This document shows, piece after piece, positions 37,935 through 46,926 of a stretch of 64,000 bases of DNA. Below the pieces are notes generated by a model. It saw only the letters and a list, made by a program, of their open reading frames with translations, was not told the DNA's origin and did not search any database. Both the position numbers and the translations under genes were made by a program. Source of the stretch: Candidatus Beckwithbacteria bacterium GW2011_GWC1_49_16. Lineage in GTDB: Bacteria; Patescibacteriota; Microgenomatia; UBA1400; CG1-02-47-37. Positions within the stretch are counted from its first letter, which is position 1. Each line of letters opens with the position of its first letter. Location: contig CP011210.1 of assembly GCA_001029675.1 (NCBI GenBank), positions 777,280 to 841,279 on the forward strand, written 5' to 3'.

Positions 37935-39050
37935 ATGGAGGAAAAACGGTCCTGGCCATCAATCAACGCCGTTCTGGCGGCGGCAGTGGTTTTACTGTTT
38001 TTGTACCTGTTTGTCACGGGCGAGACGACGCGGTTTTACGCCAGTTTGCTGTTTGGGCTTTACGCGCTTTTAGGCCAAATGTGGTGGGCGGTGGTGGGCT
38101 TGGGGGTGTTTCAGACGATATTAATGGTACCGTTCAGGGTGATAAATCTGGCTAATGCCCGGCACGTTAAAGAGTTTAAGGAAAAGTTGAAGCAGGCGGG
38201 AGTGGAAAATAATCAACAATTTGTCATTAGGCAGAGGGTTCGCGGCGGCGACGTCAATTTACTTTTTTATTTAGTCAACTTTTTTATCCAGACGATTTCT
38301 TACGTTACCATCGGTTGGTTGTTTCTGACCGATTTCTACAGCGTTAAACTTGACCCGGGACGGCTTTATGACTTTATCCCCTATCCAAATTACCCGATCC
38401 AAGGGACGATTTATAATCTGCCCTACTTGAGGTTTGCCGAAACGGTGGACTTGGGGATCGGTTGGGTGTTGGTTGCCTGGGCGGGCGCAATCATTTACAA
38501 AATCTTGGTGCAAAAGTTTGCCGAGTTTTACCGTAAAAGAAAACAAACCACGGGTGAGATCGATGAGGGCCGGGTGGCAGACTCAATCAAGCGCTTTTTG
38601 CGGGGTTCGAGCGGAGCCTTGACGGTGATTATGGTCGGCTCCTGGTTTTTGCTGCGAAACTGGCCCAAGAAAATTGCCTGGGCGCTTTTTAGCGGCGACG
38701 TCAGCCTGGTAAACTACCGCTTTAACCTGATTACCGCTTTGATGACGGCGTTTATCATCATCTGGCTTAACTTGCCCAAAATCTATAAAAAGGTGGACCT
38801 GGCCCGAGAGCAAGGCATTGCCGAGGCAGTAATCAGAAAAACCCAAAACGAGCTTTTCCGCGAAACCCTAAGAAGCGCGCTGGTGTTTGGCTTGGGCGCC
38901 TTTTTTATCACCCGGCAGATCCCCAGCGCTTTTGAGTTGTCGATTTTTACTTTTGAAGTGATTTCGCTTATCTCGCCCTTGACGCTGGACCGGCTGATTT
39001 TGTCTAAAAGAGTTCAGGTTTTGACCGGAGACTTGGAAGAGAAAGGATAA
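37935..39050 (+). CDS. Polytopic membrane protein, divergent YidC/Oxa1-like
   Basis: N-terminal LY.LLG..W.AVV.LG..Q.ILM.P followed by a charged helical hairpin and ..FFIQ; several TM segments. Confidence 0.5.
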   Translation: MEEKRSWPSINAVLAAAVVLLFLYLFVTGETTRFYASLLFGLYALLGQMWWAVVGLGVFQTILMVPFRVINLANARHVKEFKEKLKQAGVENNQQFVIRQRVRGGDVNLLFYLVNFFIQTISYVTIGWLFLTDFYSVKLDPGRLYDFIPYPNYPIQGTIYNLPYLRFAETVDLGIGWVLVAWAGAIIYKILVQKFAEFYRKRKQTTGEIDEGRVADSIKRFLRGSSGALTVIMVGSWFLLRNWPKKIAWALFSGDVSLVNYRFNLITALMTAFIIIWLNLPKIYKKVDLAREQGIAEAVIRKTQNELFRETLRSALVFGLGAFFITRQIPSAFELSIFTFEVISLISPLTLDRLILSKRVQVLTGDLEEKG

Positions 39051-39754
39051 GCGACCGGGCCTAAAGGAATTTGGTCTTGGGGGTCGTCGACGAAGAGCAA
39101 GACCACCCGGCCTTGTTTGGGGCCGGGGTAGAAACCTAAAGCATGCATTACCTCGGGGGAGCCGCCAAACTGCTTGCCGGTGAATACGGCCGGGCCGGCG
39201 TCGCCGATGACGGCAACCACGGCTTGACCGGTGGCGGGGTTGACAACTAAAACCTTGCGGTGGCGATACCAATCCCTTAAAGCCCGTAAATCTTGGTTCC
39301 AGTTGGGCAGGTAAAAAGTTTGGACGGCGACGTAGTAGCGTTCGGCGACGGGGTCGTCAAAATAACCCCAGGCGCCGCGGTTAGCGGTCAAGCCAACTTC
39401 GGGAAAAAGGTGGCCGGCTATGGTATCGCCGGGAAAACGGGGCAGATGTTGTTCTAAGCCGATGCGGCCGAGTTGGTGGTTTAAACGGTGGCCGTCAAGC
39501 TCCACCGCGGTGGCTAGCCCCAAAGTGCCGGAAATGGCTTGGAGCAGCTTTTTCTCTTCCTTTTGAGTTAAAACCCGAGAAAAGGGAGGCAAGGCGTGGT
39601 CGAGTTTGTCGGCCAGCAGGGCTTGGAGCTCTAAGGGTGTCACCAGGCCGAGTTTTAAGCGGTATGAAGCTGATCTTTGGGGCAAGGGCTGGGTCAAGAA
39701 GGTAAAAATACCCCAAAGCGCCAAGACTAACGCGGCCAAACTAAAGGGCTTCAT
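39014..39754 (-). CDS. Membrane-anchored protein with RlpA/double-psi-barrel-like C-terminus
   Basis: KVLVVNPATGQAVVAVIGDAGP resembles the RlpA DPBB motif. Confidence 0.55.
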   Translation of the reverse strand: MKPFSLAALVLALWGIFTFLTQPLPQRSASYRLKLGLVTPLELQALLADKLDHALPPFSRVLTQKEEKKLLQAISGTLGLATAVELDGHRLNHQLGRIGLEQHLPRFPGDTIAGHLFPEVGLTANRGAWGYFDDPVAERYYVAVQTFYLPNWNQDLRALRDWYRHRKVLVVNPATGQAVVAVIGDAGPAVFTGKQFGGSPEVMHALGFYPGPKQGRVVLLFVDDPQDQIPLGPVAYPFSSKSPVKT

Positions 39755-41150
39755 GGGCAGCCTGAAGACGGCGGCTGACAACTTCCGGCCCCAAAACTTC
39801 CATCAGGGCAAAAAGCGGCGGGGTGGCGACCTTGCCGGTTAAACTCACCCTTAAAGTCATAAACAGCTCTTTTGTGGTCCAGCCGGTAAGCTCAATAAGG
39901 TCGTGGCCGATTTTTTCTAAGTTTTTTTCCTGCCAGTCGGCGGCGGAATTTTTGGCGAAAGCGGAAACAGTTTGGCCCAAGGCGGTTTTGACGGCGGCGC
40001 GGTCTTTGCCTGACTGGGCGACGATGAGGTCAAGCGGCGCTTTGATGTCGCCGGCGAAATAATCTAAAAACAAGTTGATGTCGTTTAGAGTCACCAGGCG
40101 GTCGCGGACCAGGGGAAGAATGCTGGTTAGTTTGGCGTCGGCAAGTTTGAACTTAAGCCTGGGTTTGACCAAGGCGAAAAGCTCTTGGTTTGAAAGCTGG
40201 CGGATGTATTTGGCGTTGAAGTAATTGAGTTTTTTGAGGTCAAAGATGGGATTTTGCTTTTGGACTTTTTTGAGGTCAAAAAGTTTGACCAGTTTTTTTA
40301 AGTTTAAAAGCTCGGAGTTATCATTGTGCGACCAACCCAAATAAGCCATAAAGGTGATCAGGGGTTCAACCAGGTACCCCTCATCAAGGTAGTCTAAAAC
40401 CGATTTAGCGCCGTGGCGCTTGGAGAGCTTGGCGTGATCCGGGCCTAAGATGACCGGGAAGTGGCCAATTTTGGGCACCGGCCAACCAAAGGCTTGATAC
40501 AAAAGCAAATGCTTCGGGGTGGACGAGATCCACTCGACGCCGCGGAGGATGTGGCTTACTTTCATTAAGTGGTCGTCGACGACGACGCCAAGATGGTAGG
40601 TGGGGAATTGATCTGATTTTAAAAGCACCTGGTCATCGATCTGGTTGTTTTTAAAGCTGATTTTGCCCTGGATTAAATCTACCCAAGAAGTTTCACCAGT
40701 GTCAGGAACTTTGAGGCGGATGACGTGAGGGGTTCTTTTGGCAAGCTGGGTTTTAACCTGGGCCCGAGTCAATTTTAAACAGCGGCGGTCGTAGCGGGGC
40801 AAAGCACCCCTTTTTTGTTGAGCTTTTCTCATGGCGGAGAGTCTTTCCTGGGTACAAAAACAGTAGTAGGCCTTACCGCTTTTGACCAGCTTTTCGGCGT
40901 GGTCTTGGTAGATTTTAAGGCGCTCGGACTGGGCGAACGGACCCTCGTCCCAGGCGATCCCCACGGCTTTGAGGATGGCAAGAATTTTTGGCAGGCTGTC
41001 GGGCTGTAAACGAGCCCGGTCGGTGTCTTCGATTCTTAAAACAAACTGCCCTTGATTTTTTTGGGCGAAAACATAGTTGTACAAAGCCGTCCGGGTGTTG
41101 CCGATATGGGGCACGCCGGTAGGGCTGGGGGCAAAACGGACTCGAACCAT
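39741..41150 (-). CDS. gltX: Glutamate--tRNA ligase
   Basis: RVRFAPSPTG, HIGN, LRIEDTD, KLSKR. Confidence 0.97.
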   Translation of the reverse strand: MVRVRFAPSPTGVPHIGNTRTALYNYVFAQKNQGQFVLRIEDTDRARLQPDSLPKILAILKAVGIAWDEGPFAQSERLKIYQDHAEKLVKSGKAYYCFCTQERLSAMRKAQQKRGALPRYDRRCLKLTRAQVKTQLAKRTPHVIRLKVPDTGETSWVDLIQGKISFKNNQIDDQVLLKSDQFPTYHLGVVVDDHLMKVSHILRGVEWISSTPKHLLLYQAFGWPVPKIGHFPVILGPDHAKLSKRHGAKSVLDYLDEGYLVEPLITFMAYLGWSHNDNSELLNLKKLVKLFDLKKVQKQNPIFDLKKLNYFNAKYIRQLSNQELFALVKPRLKFKLADAKLTSILPLVRDRLVTLNDINLFLDYFAGDIKAPLDLIVAQSGKDRAAVKTALGQTVSAFAKNSAADWQEKNLEKIGHDLIELTGWTTKELFMTLRVSLTGKVATPPLFALMEVLGPEVVSRRLQAAHEAL

Positions 41151-41166
41151 AATTTAGGAAATAACC

Positions 41167-41187
41167 TCTAGCTTCTAGCTTCTAGTA
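41167..41187. repeat. Intergenic heptamer tandem repeat (TCTAGCT, about 3 units)
   Basis: TCTAGCT TCTAGCT TCTAGTA. Confidence 0.7.
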
Positions 41188-41211
41188 ACTTGGTTATATT
41201 ATACTCAAAGT

Positions 41212-42279
41212 ATGGCGAGTTTGACGGAAACGGCACTGATAGCCAGGCGAGCGGTAAAGTTTGGCGGTTTGGCTTTGGCGGTGATTATTGTCATCAAACT
41301 GGGTTTGGCTTTTTATAACACCTACCTTAAAGTGGTTAACCCGCCTCCCCCGCCGCCGCCGACGGTGGCTTTTGGCAAGCTGCCGGAGATAAGTTTTCCC
41401 CAAAAGATTCACCCGGAGCTGACCTTAAGGCTGGAAACACCGACAGGGGGAACGCCTGACCTGGGAGACAGAGCCACTGTCTACCTGATGCCCACGTACC
41501 GGTCGAACCTTCTGGCTTTGGACCAAGCCAAAGAAACTGCCGAGAAGATGAGGTTTAGAGACGAGCCGAGAGAAATAACCGAAAGACGTTTTCTTTGGGA
41601 AGACAACCAGTTTTTGCCCAGCTCGCTTGAAATGGACATTATCAACGGGTCTTTTTTACTCAAAAGGAATTGGCAGGCGGACCCGACGATACTCACCGAA
41701 AAACAGCTGCCGGGCAAAGAACAGGTGGTGGTGGAAGCCAAGCAGTTTTTGCGCCAGGCCGGACTTCTGACCGAGGAACTCGATGACGCCAGGGTGGAAA
41801 TTTCTTACCTTAACTTTTCCGGCGGCCAGTACGTGCCGGCAGTGAGCCTGTCGGAGGCCGACTTTGTCGAAGTGAATATTTACCGGCCGGATATAGACGA
41901 GGTACCGGTGTTGCCGGCCGACCCCGACCGCGGCATTGTCCGCTTAATTTTCTCCGGGTCGCGCGAGGCCCAACAGCGGATTATCCAGGCAGAGTATAAC
42001 TATTATCCGGTGGATAAAGACCAGTCGGCGACTTATCCGGTCAAGACGGCCAGCCAGGCTTGGAGGGAGCTTGTCACCAGACAAGGATATATTGCCAGCG
42101 TGGGCGACAACCCCAGCGGAGTGGTGGTGATCAGGCGGATTTATCTTGGTTACTATGACAATGAGGTGTCGCAGGGATTTTTGATGCCGATCATTGTCTT
42201 TGAGGGAGACAACGGTTTTTTTGGCTACGTGTCGGCGACTCTCAATGAATGGCTTGAGATGATTCCCAGCGGTGGTTGA
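41212..42279 (+). CDS. Hypothetical membrane-anchored protein
   Basis: 355-aa ORF with N-terminal TM helix and poly-Pro linker. Confidence 0.75.
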   Translation: MASLTETALIARRAVKFGGLALAVIIVIKLGLAFYNTYLKVVNPPPPPPPTVAFGKLPEISFPQKIHPELTLRLETPTGGTPDLGDRATVYLMPTYRSNLLALDQAKETAEKMRFRDEPREITERRFLWEDNQFLPSSLEMDIINGSFLLKRNWQADPTILTEKQLPGKEQVVVEAKQFLRQAGLLTEELDDARVEISYLNFSGGQYVPAVSLSEADFVEVNIYRPDIDEVPVLPADPDRGIVRLIFSGSREAQQRIIQAEYNYYPVDKDQSATYPVKTASQAWRELVTRQGYIASVGDNPSGVVVIRRIYLGYYDNEVSQGFLMPIIVFEGDNGFFGYVSATLNEWLEMIPSGG

Positions 42280-43168
42280 TAAAGGCCCAGTCGATTAACT
42301 TCACACTTTCGCCGAAGCGGTCGGAGCTACCTAAAACGACGGTGATGACGGCGCGGCCGTCTCTTTGGGTGGAGGTAACCAGGCACTCGCCGGCAAGTTC
42401 GGTCCAGCCGGTTTTGACGCCGGAGAGACCGTCGACGCGACCGAGAAGTTCGTTGATGGTTTCAAGTTGATGAAAAATAGTCGAGTCGACGTCGGAGACG
42501 GTGATCCCGGTGGTGGAGACCATCTTGGCAAAAGTGGGGTTGGCCATGGCGGCGGCGGCAATTAAGCCTAAATCGTGGGCGGTGGTGTAGTGGCCGTAGG
42601 CGTCCAGGCCGGTGGCGTTTTGAAACTGGGTATTAGTTAAATTTAAATCTTTGACTTTCTGGTTCATGGCGGCAATAAAGGCATCTTCGCCGCCGGGATA
42701 ATGTTGGGCTAAGACCGCGGCAGCGTCGTTGGCGGAAGCCACGAGTAAACCGTAAAGCAGGTTTTCGACGCTAATCCTCTCGCCAAGCGCCAGCTTCATG
42801 GTCTGGCCGACAACGCCGATCGAGTCGATGGTGATGACTTGATCCAAAGGGTAGTGCTCCAGGGCGATCAAACCAGTGACGATTTTGGTGGTGGAAGCGG
42901 GAAGCAACTTTAAATCAGGATTTTTTTGATAAAGGATGGCTTTGGAGTCGGCGTCTAAAACTACCACACCCGGGGCCGATGTATAGGGCGCGGGGATTCC
43001 GGTTAGGTTGACCGGGTAGAAGCCAACCGGCTCCGGGAGAGCCGCATTCACCTCTTTTACCGGAGGACGAGCGGCGCTAAGATAAAGGTCGTAGTAATGG
43101 TTTCTTGCCGGCACCAGGCTTAAGATTAAGCTAGCAAAAATTAACTTGAGCTTAGAGTCACCAGTCAT
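42242..43168 (-). CDS. D-alanyl-D-alanine carboxypeptidase (S11)
   Basis: SxxK (ASTTK), SxN (SAND), KTG motifs. Confidence 0.92.
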   Translation of the reverse strand: MTGDSKLKLIFASLILSLVPARNHYYDLYLSAARPPVKEVNAALPEPVGFYPVNLTGIPAPYTSAPGVVVLDADSKAILYQKNPDLKLLPASTTKIVTGLIALEHYPLDQVITIDSIGVVGQTMKLALGERISVENLLYGLLVASANDAAAVLAQHYPGGEDAFIAAMNQKVKDLNLTNTQFQNATGLDAYGHYTTAHDLGLIAAAAMANPTFAKMVSTTGITVSDVDSTIFHQLETINELLGRVDGLSGVKTGWTELAGECLVTSTQRDGRAVITVVLGSSDRFGESVKLIDWAFINHRWESSQAIH

Positions 43169-44553
43169 TTAACTAACTTAAGGTGAAGCTCTTTGAGCTG
43201 TTCGGGTGTCGCCGGGCTGGGAGCGTCCATGACGGCGGTTTGACCGGAGGAGACGGCGGGAAAAGCAATCACTTCGCGCAAACTGGGTTCGGCAAGCGCC
43301 GCCATCAAAAAGCGGTCGATGCCGGGAGCAATACCCCCGTGAGGCGGGACTCCGTAACCAAAAGCAGTCAACATGTGGTCGAACTGATTTTTTTGTTTAT
43401 CAGTAAAACCGATTAAATCGAAGATTTTTTCCTGAACCGCCGGGTCGTGGATTCTGACCGAGCCGCCGCCGACCTCGTAACCGTTTAGAACCAAGTCGTG
43501 CTGGAGGCCACGGACCTTTAAGGGGTCAGATTCCAACAGTTTGACGTCATCGGGGTGAGGGGCGGTAAACATGTGGTGCGAGGGGGCGTATTTTACCCCG
43601 GCGCCGTGGAAAAAATCTTCCTGGGTCTGTTTGACCAGTAAGGGAAAGTCGATAATCCAGGCGAAAGCCAACTCGTCGGGGTCTTTTTTGTCTTTTCTCA
43701 AGTCGGGTTTGTCGGAGCCATATTTTTTTATCGCTTCGGCGTGGGCAATCCTTGGCCAAGGGGTGGCAGTGACCTTTTTGTCGGGGAAAATCTCCTTAAC
43801 CAACCCTGTAAACAGCTCTTCGGTTAAACTCAAGATCTCGTTTTGGTCGACAAAAGACATTTCCAAATCAAGTTGGGTAAATTCGCCGTAAGCTCTATCG
43901 TGGCGGGGATCTTCGTCCCGGAAACAGCGAGCGATTTGAAAGTAACGCTCAAAGCCGGCGACCATGAGAAGCTGTTTATACTGCTGGGGACTTTGGGGCA
44001 AAGCGTAGAATTGGCCCGGTTTAAGGCGCGAAGGCACCAGAAAGTCGCGGGCGCCTTCGGGGGTAGTCTTGGTTAAAATCGGAGTTTCGATCTCGACAAA
44101 ATCCTGGTCGGTGAGAAAGTCGTGGATGAACTTGACCGCCCGGGAGCGAAGCCTTATGTTTTTGGCCATGCGGGGGCGGCGCAAGTCTAGATAGCGGTAT
44201 TTAAGGCGAACCTGTTCGTCGATGTCGCGGCCGTCGGTGTCGATGGGCAAGGGCAGCTCACGGCTGACAGTAATCACCTCGACTGTCTGCGCCGCAACCT
44301 CGACCTTGCCGGTGGTGAGTTTCGGGTTGACCAGGTTTTGGGGGCGGGCTTTGACCCGCCCGGTAACTGCAACGACCGACTCGGGCTTAAGATCTTTGGC
44401 TAACTTCTCGCCGACCACCTGGACCAGGCCGGAGCGGTCGCGCAAATCAAAAAAAGTCAAGCCGCCATGGGAACGAACCGAGTTAATCCAACCTTTGAGG
44501 GTAACGGTTTTACCCACCAGTTCGAGGGTGGCGCCAGCTAAGGTACGGGTCAT
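43165..44553 (-). CDS. aspS: Aspartate--tRNA ligase, bacterial type lacking the GAD insertion
   Basis: HGG..FFDLRDRSG, TPEGARDF, LPQSPQ, FRDED, PPHGG; probable start ATG at 44553. Confidence 0.95.
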   Translation of the reverse strand: MTRTLAGATLELVGKTVTLKGWINSVRSHGGLTFFDLRDRSGLVQVVGEKLAKDLKPESVVAVTGRVKARPQNLVNPKLTTGKVEVAAQTVEVITVSRELPLPIDTDGRDIDEQVRLKYRYLDLRRPRMAKNIRLRSRAVKFIHDFLTDQDFVEIETPILTKTTPEGARDFLVPSRLKPGQFYALPQSPQQYKQLLMVAGFERYFQIARCFRDEDPRHDRAYGEFTQLDLEMSFVDQNEILSLTEELFTGLVKEIFPDKKVTATPWPRIAHAEAIKKYGSDKPDLRKDKKDPDELAFAWIIDFPLLVKQTQEDFFHGAGVKYAPSHHMFTAPHPDDVKLLESDPLKVRGLQHDLVLNGYEVGGGSVRIHDPAVQEKIFDLIGFTDKQKNQFDHMLTAFGYGVPPHGGIAPGIDRFLMAALAEPSLREVIAFPAVSSGQTAVMDAPSPATPEQLKELHLKLVK

Positions 44554-44619
44554 GAGTATGATTGTATCTGTATTCTCCCGCCTTGACAATAAAGAATTAT
44601 CTTATAGTATAATAATGCC

Positions 44620-45246
44620 ATGGATTATCCTGATCGGAAAATTTTTCCTTCGGCCATTCCCGGACAAGAGTTTAAAAGGTCGAGGGCAGTAGTGGCTGCC
44701 CTGCTAGCCCTAGAACTAGAGGGTACTGTCACAGTCGATGGTAAAGCTGTCAGCCCGGAGCATTTTTTAGAAGTAGGAGAGGGCGGAAAAATGATTTTCT
44801 CTTCCCAACCGGCTTTGAAAAACTTTGGCGCTGAAGTTAAAAGATTATTTGACCAGGCGGCTCGGGCCTTGGCCATGAAACAGGACGCTCAAACACCTTT
44901 TAACGAAATCGTCGCTGTTTTAAACCCTCAAAAACCAACTCCTCAAAAAAAACTCACACCTAGGCCATGGGAAGTCGATATTAATCAAGTAAGCGTTGAG
45001 TCTTTGTTGCCGGCGATAGAATATATCGTCAGTGACACTGCTAACCTTCTTGGACTTGACGAGTCAACATTTACTAAATTTGACCCAAAGAAAGGCCGTG
45101 TCAGTTTGAGGCCGACGATTAAAAACTTCGGCGAAAGTACCTATAGAGAGATAATTCAACAGGCGCTTAGGTTCACTTACGATGCGGGCCACCATGAACC
45201 GAGTGGAATAGTAACGGCTATGGTTAATGACGGGGTAAAATTATAA
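44620..45246 (+). CDS. Hypothetical protein
   Basis: 208-aa ORF preceded by TTGACA and TATAAT; no recognised motif. Confidence 0.65.
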   Translation: MDYPDRKIFPSAIPGQEFKRSRAVVAALLALELEGTVTVDGKAVSPEHFLEVGEGGKMIFSSQPALKNFGAEVKRLFDQAARALAMKQDAQTPFNEIVAVLNPQKPTPQKKLTPRPWEVDINQVSVESLLPAIEYIVSDTANLLGLDESTFTKFDPKKGRVSLRPTIKNFGESTYREIIQQALRFTYDAGHHEPSGIVTAMVNDGVKL

Positions 45247-46906
45247 TATCCTTGACTTTAAGCTGCAGCGATTTTTGATTATTCCAGACATTTTCATCGA
45301 TGGCGTAGGCAAGGTCGACCGTGGCTCCGGGAGAAAGGCTGGCTGATAACTGACCAAAGCCAAAGGCGATACCCCCTAGTTTCGAGTTTCGTGCTTCGTG
45401 CTTCGTGCTTAAAATTAGTTGGAGATGTTTGCCTTCCTTACCCACCTGGCGCAGGCGATCAAGTTTCACTCCCCTGGTGACAAAGACGGGCATGGGGTTG
45501 TCAAAACCAAATGGGGCAAAACGGCTTATCTCCCGATAAAGCTGCCAGCCGACGTCGGTTAAATTAATCTCGCAATCGACTTCCAAAACCGGTTTTAATT
45601 GCTCCGGCGTTAAACTCTCGGCAGCGACTTTTTGCAGCCGGGTTTTGATTTGGGGCAGGTTTTTGGTTTCGGCGGTAAAGCCGGCGGCAAGTTTATGGCC
45701 GCCGACTTCCAAAAACAGACTGCTTAGGCTTTGGAAGTTTTTGATTAAGTTGAAACCCTTGATGGAACGGGCTGAACCTTTGGATTGAGATTCACCGACG
45801 GCGACGACCACGGCCGGGCGGTGGAAGCTTCTGACCAATTGGCTCGCCACCAAGCCGACGATGCCGTCGTGGTAGCTGGGGTCGGAGACGAAGATGAGGT
45901 TTTGGTTTTTTTGCGCTTTGGCCTGGTCCAGGGCATGAAAAAAAGTTTTTCTGGTTAAATCCTGGCGGTTAAGATTGGCCGAGTTTAAGTCGCGGGAGAG
46001 CTTTTTGGCCCGGGCTTTATCGCGGGTGCAGAGTAAGCGCAGGGAATCGAGGGCCTGGTGGAGGCGGCCCATGGCGTTTAACCTGGGGGAAAGTAAAAAG
46101 CTGACTTGGTAATCATCCAGGGTTTTAAGATTGACGCCGGCGTCCCGGGCCAGAGTCACAAGGCCGGGGCGGGAGGTTTGGCGAAGATCGTTTAAGCCGT
46201 GGAAGGCCAAAGAGCGGTTGACCGACAAAAGCGGAACCATGTCGGCGATGGTGCCGAGAGCGGCGAGCTCGAGGGTGGTAACACTCCCGGAGTGGAGGAA
46301 ATGTTTCACTATTTCGCGGGCGAAAAACCAGGCGACGCCGGCACCGGAGGTCAAAGTGGTGTGGATGACGGCGGTGGCGGGGGGAAGTTTTTTTTGGGGG
46401 ACGTGGTGGTCGGAGATGATTAGGTCGATCCCCTCTTTTTTGGCAAACCGGGCGCCTTTGAAAGAGACGATGCCGTTGTCGACGGTGATGATTAAGGCGG
46501 GTTTATCTTTTTTTAAAATAGTGGTGATGCCGGCGACTGACAGGCCGCGGGTGGCGTCGCCCCTTAAGGGAATGAAGGGCAGGACTTTGGCGCCTAAGCG
46601 GTCTAAAGTTTCCCAGAGAATGGCGGTGGCGGTGATGCCGTCGGCGTCGTAGTCGCCGTAGATGTAGATTAATTGTTTTTGGGTTAAGGCCTGTTTGAGG
46701 CGGGTTAAAGCTTTTTTGACTTGTGACTCACTGATGCCGATTGTTTTTAAATCCAAGTCTTGGGGATGAGGGGGCTGGAAAAATTCTTTTTGGGCCGGTT
46801 TTGTCAGCAGGCGGCGATTTTTTAACAGAGCGGCGATGATCTGTTGGCGGCGGATTTTACTGCTTTTTCCGGAAACTTTTTGGTTGACGTGCCACACCTT
46901 GGTCAT
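45224..46906 (-). CDS. recJ: ssDNA exonuclease RecJ
   Basis: YGDYDADG, TVDNG, SDHH, PRLNAMGR, GSARS, GGH..AAG. Confidence 0.95.
   Translation of the reverse strand: MTKVWHVNQKVSGKSSKIRRQQIIAALLKNRRLLTKPAQKEFFQPPHPQDLDLKTIGISESQVKKALTRLKQALTQKQLIYIYGDYDADGITATAILWETLDRLGAKVLPFIPLRGDATRGLSVAGITTILKKDKPALIITVDNGIVSFKGARFAKKEGIDLIISDHHVPQKKLPPATAVIHTTLTSGAGVAWFFAREIVKHFLHSGSVTTLELAALGTIADMVPLLSVNRSLAFHGLNDLRQTSRPGLVTLARDAGVNLKTLDDYQVSFLLSPRLNAMGRLHQALDSLRLLCTRDKARAKKLSRDLNSANLNRQDLTRKTFFHALDQAKAQKNQNLIFVSDPSYHDGIVGLVASQLVRSFHRPAVVVAVGESQSKGSARSIKGFNLIKNFQSLSSLFLEVGGHKLAAGFTAETKNLPQIKTRLQKVAAESLTPEQLKPVLEVDCEINLTDVGWQLYREISRFAPFGFDNPMPVFVTRGVKLDRLRQVGKEGKHLQLILSTKHEARNSKLGGIAFGFGQLSASLSPGATVDLAYAIDENVWNNQKSLQLKVKDIIILPRH
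45380..45410 (-). repeat. Heptamer tandem repeat inside recJ
   Basis: Minus strand AAGCACG AAGCACG AAGCACG AAACTCG AAA, encoding STKHEARNSK. Confidence 0.8.
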
Positions 46907-46926
46907 AATTTGGTTATAATCTTATC

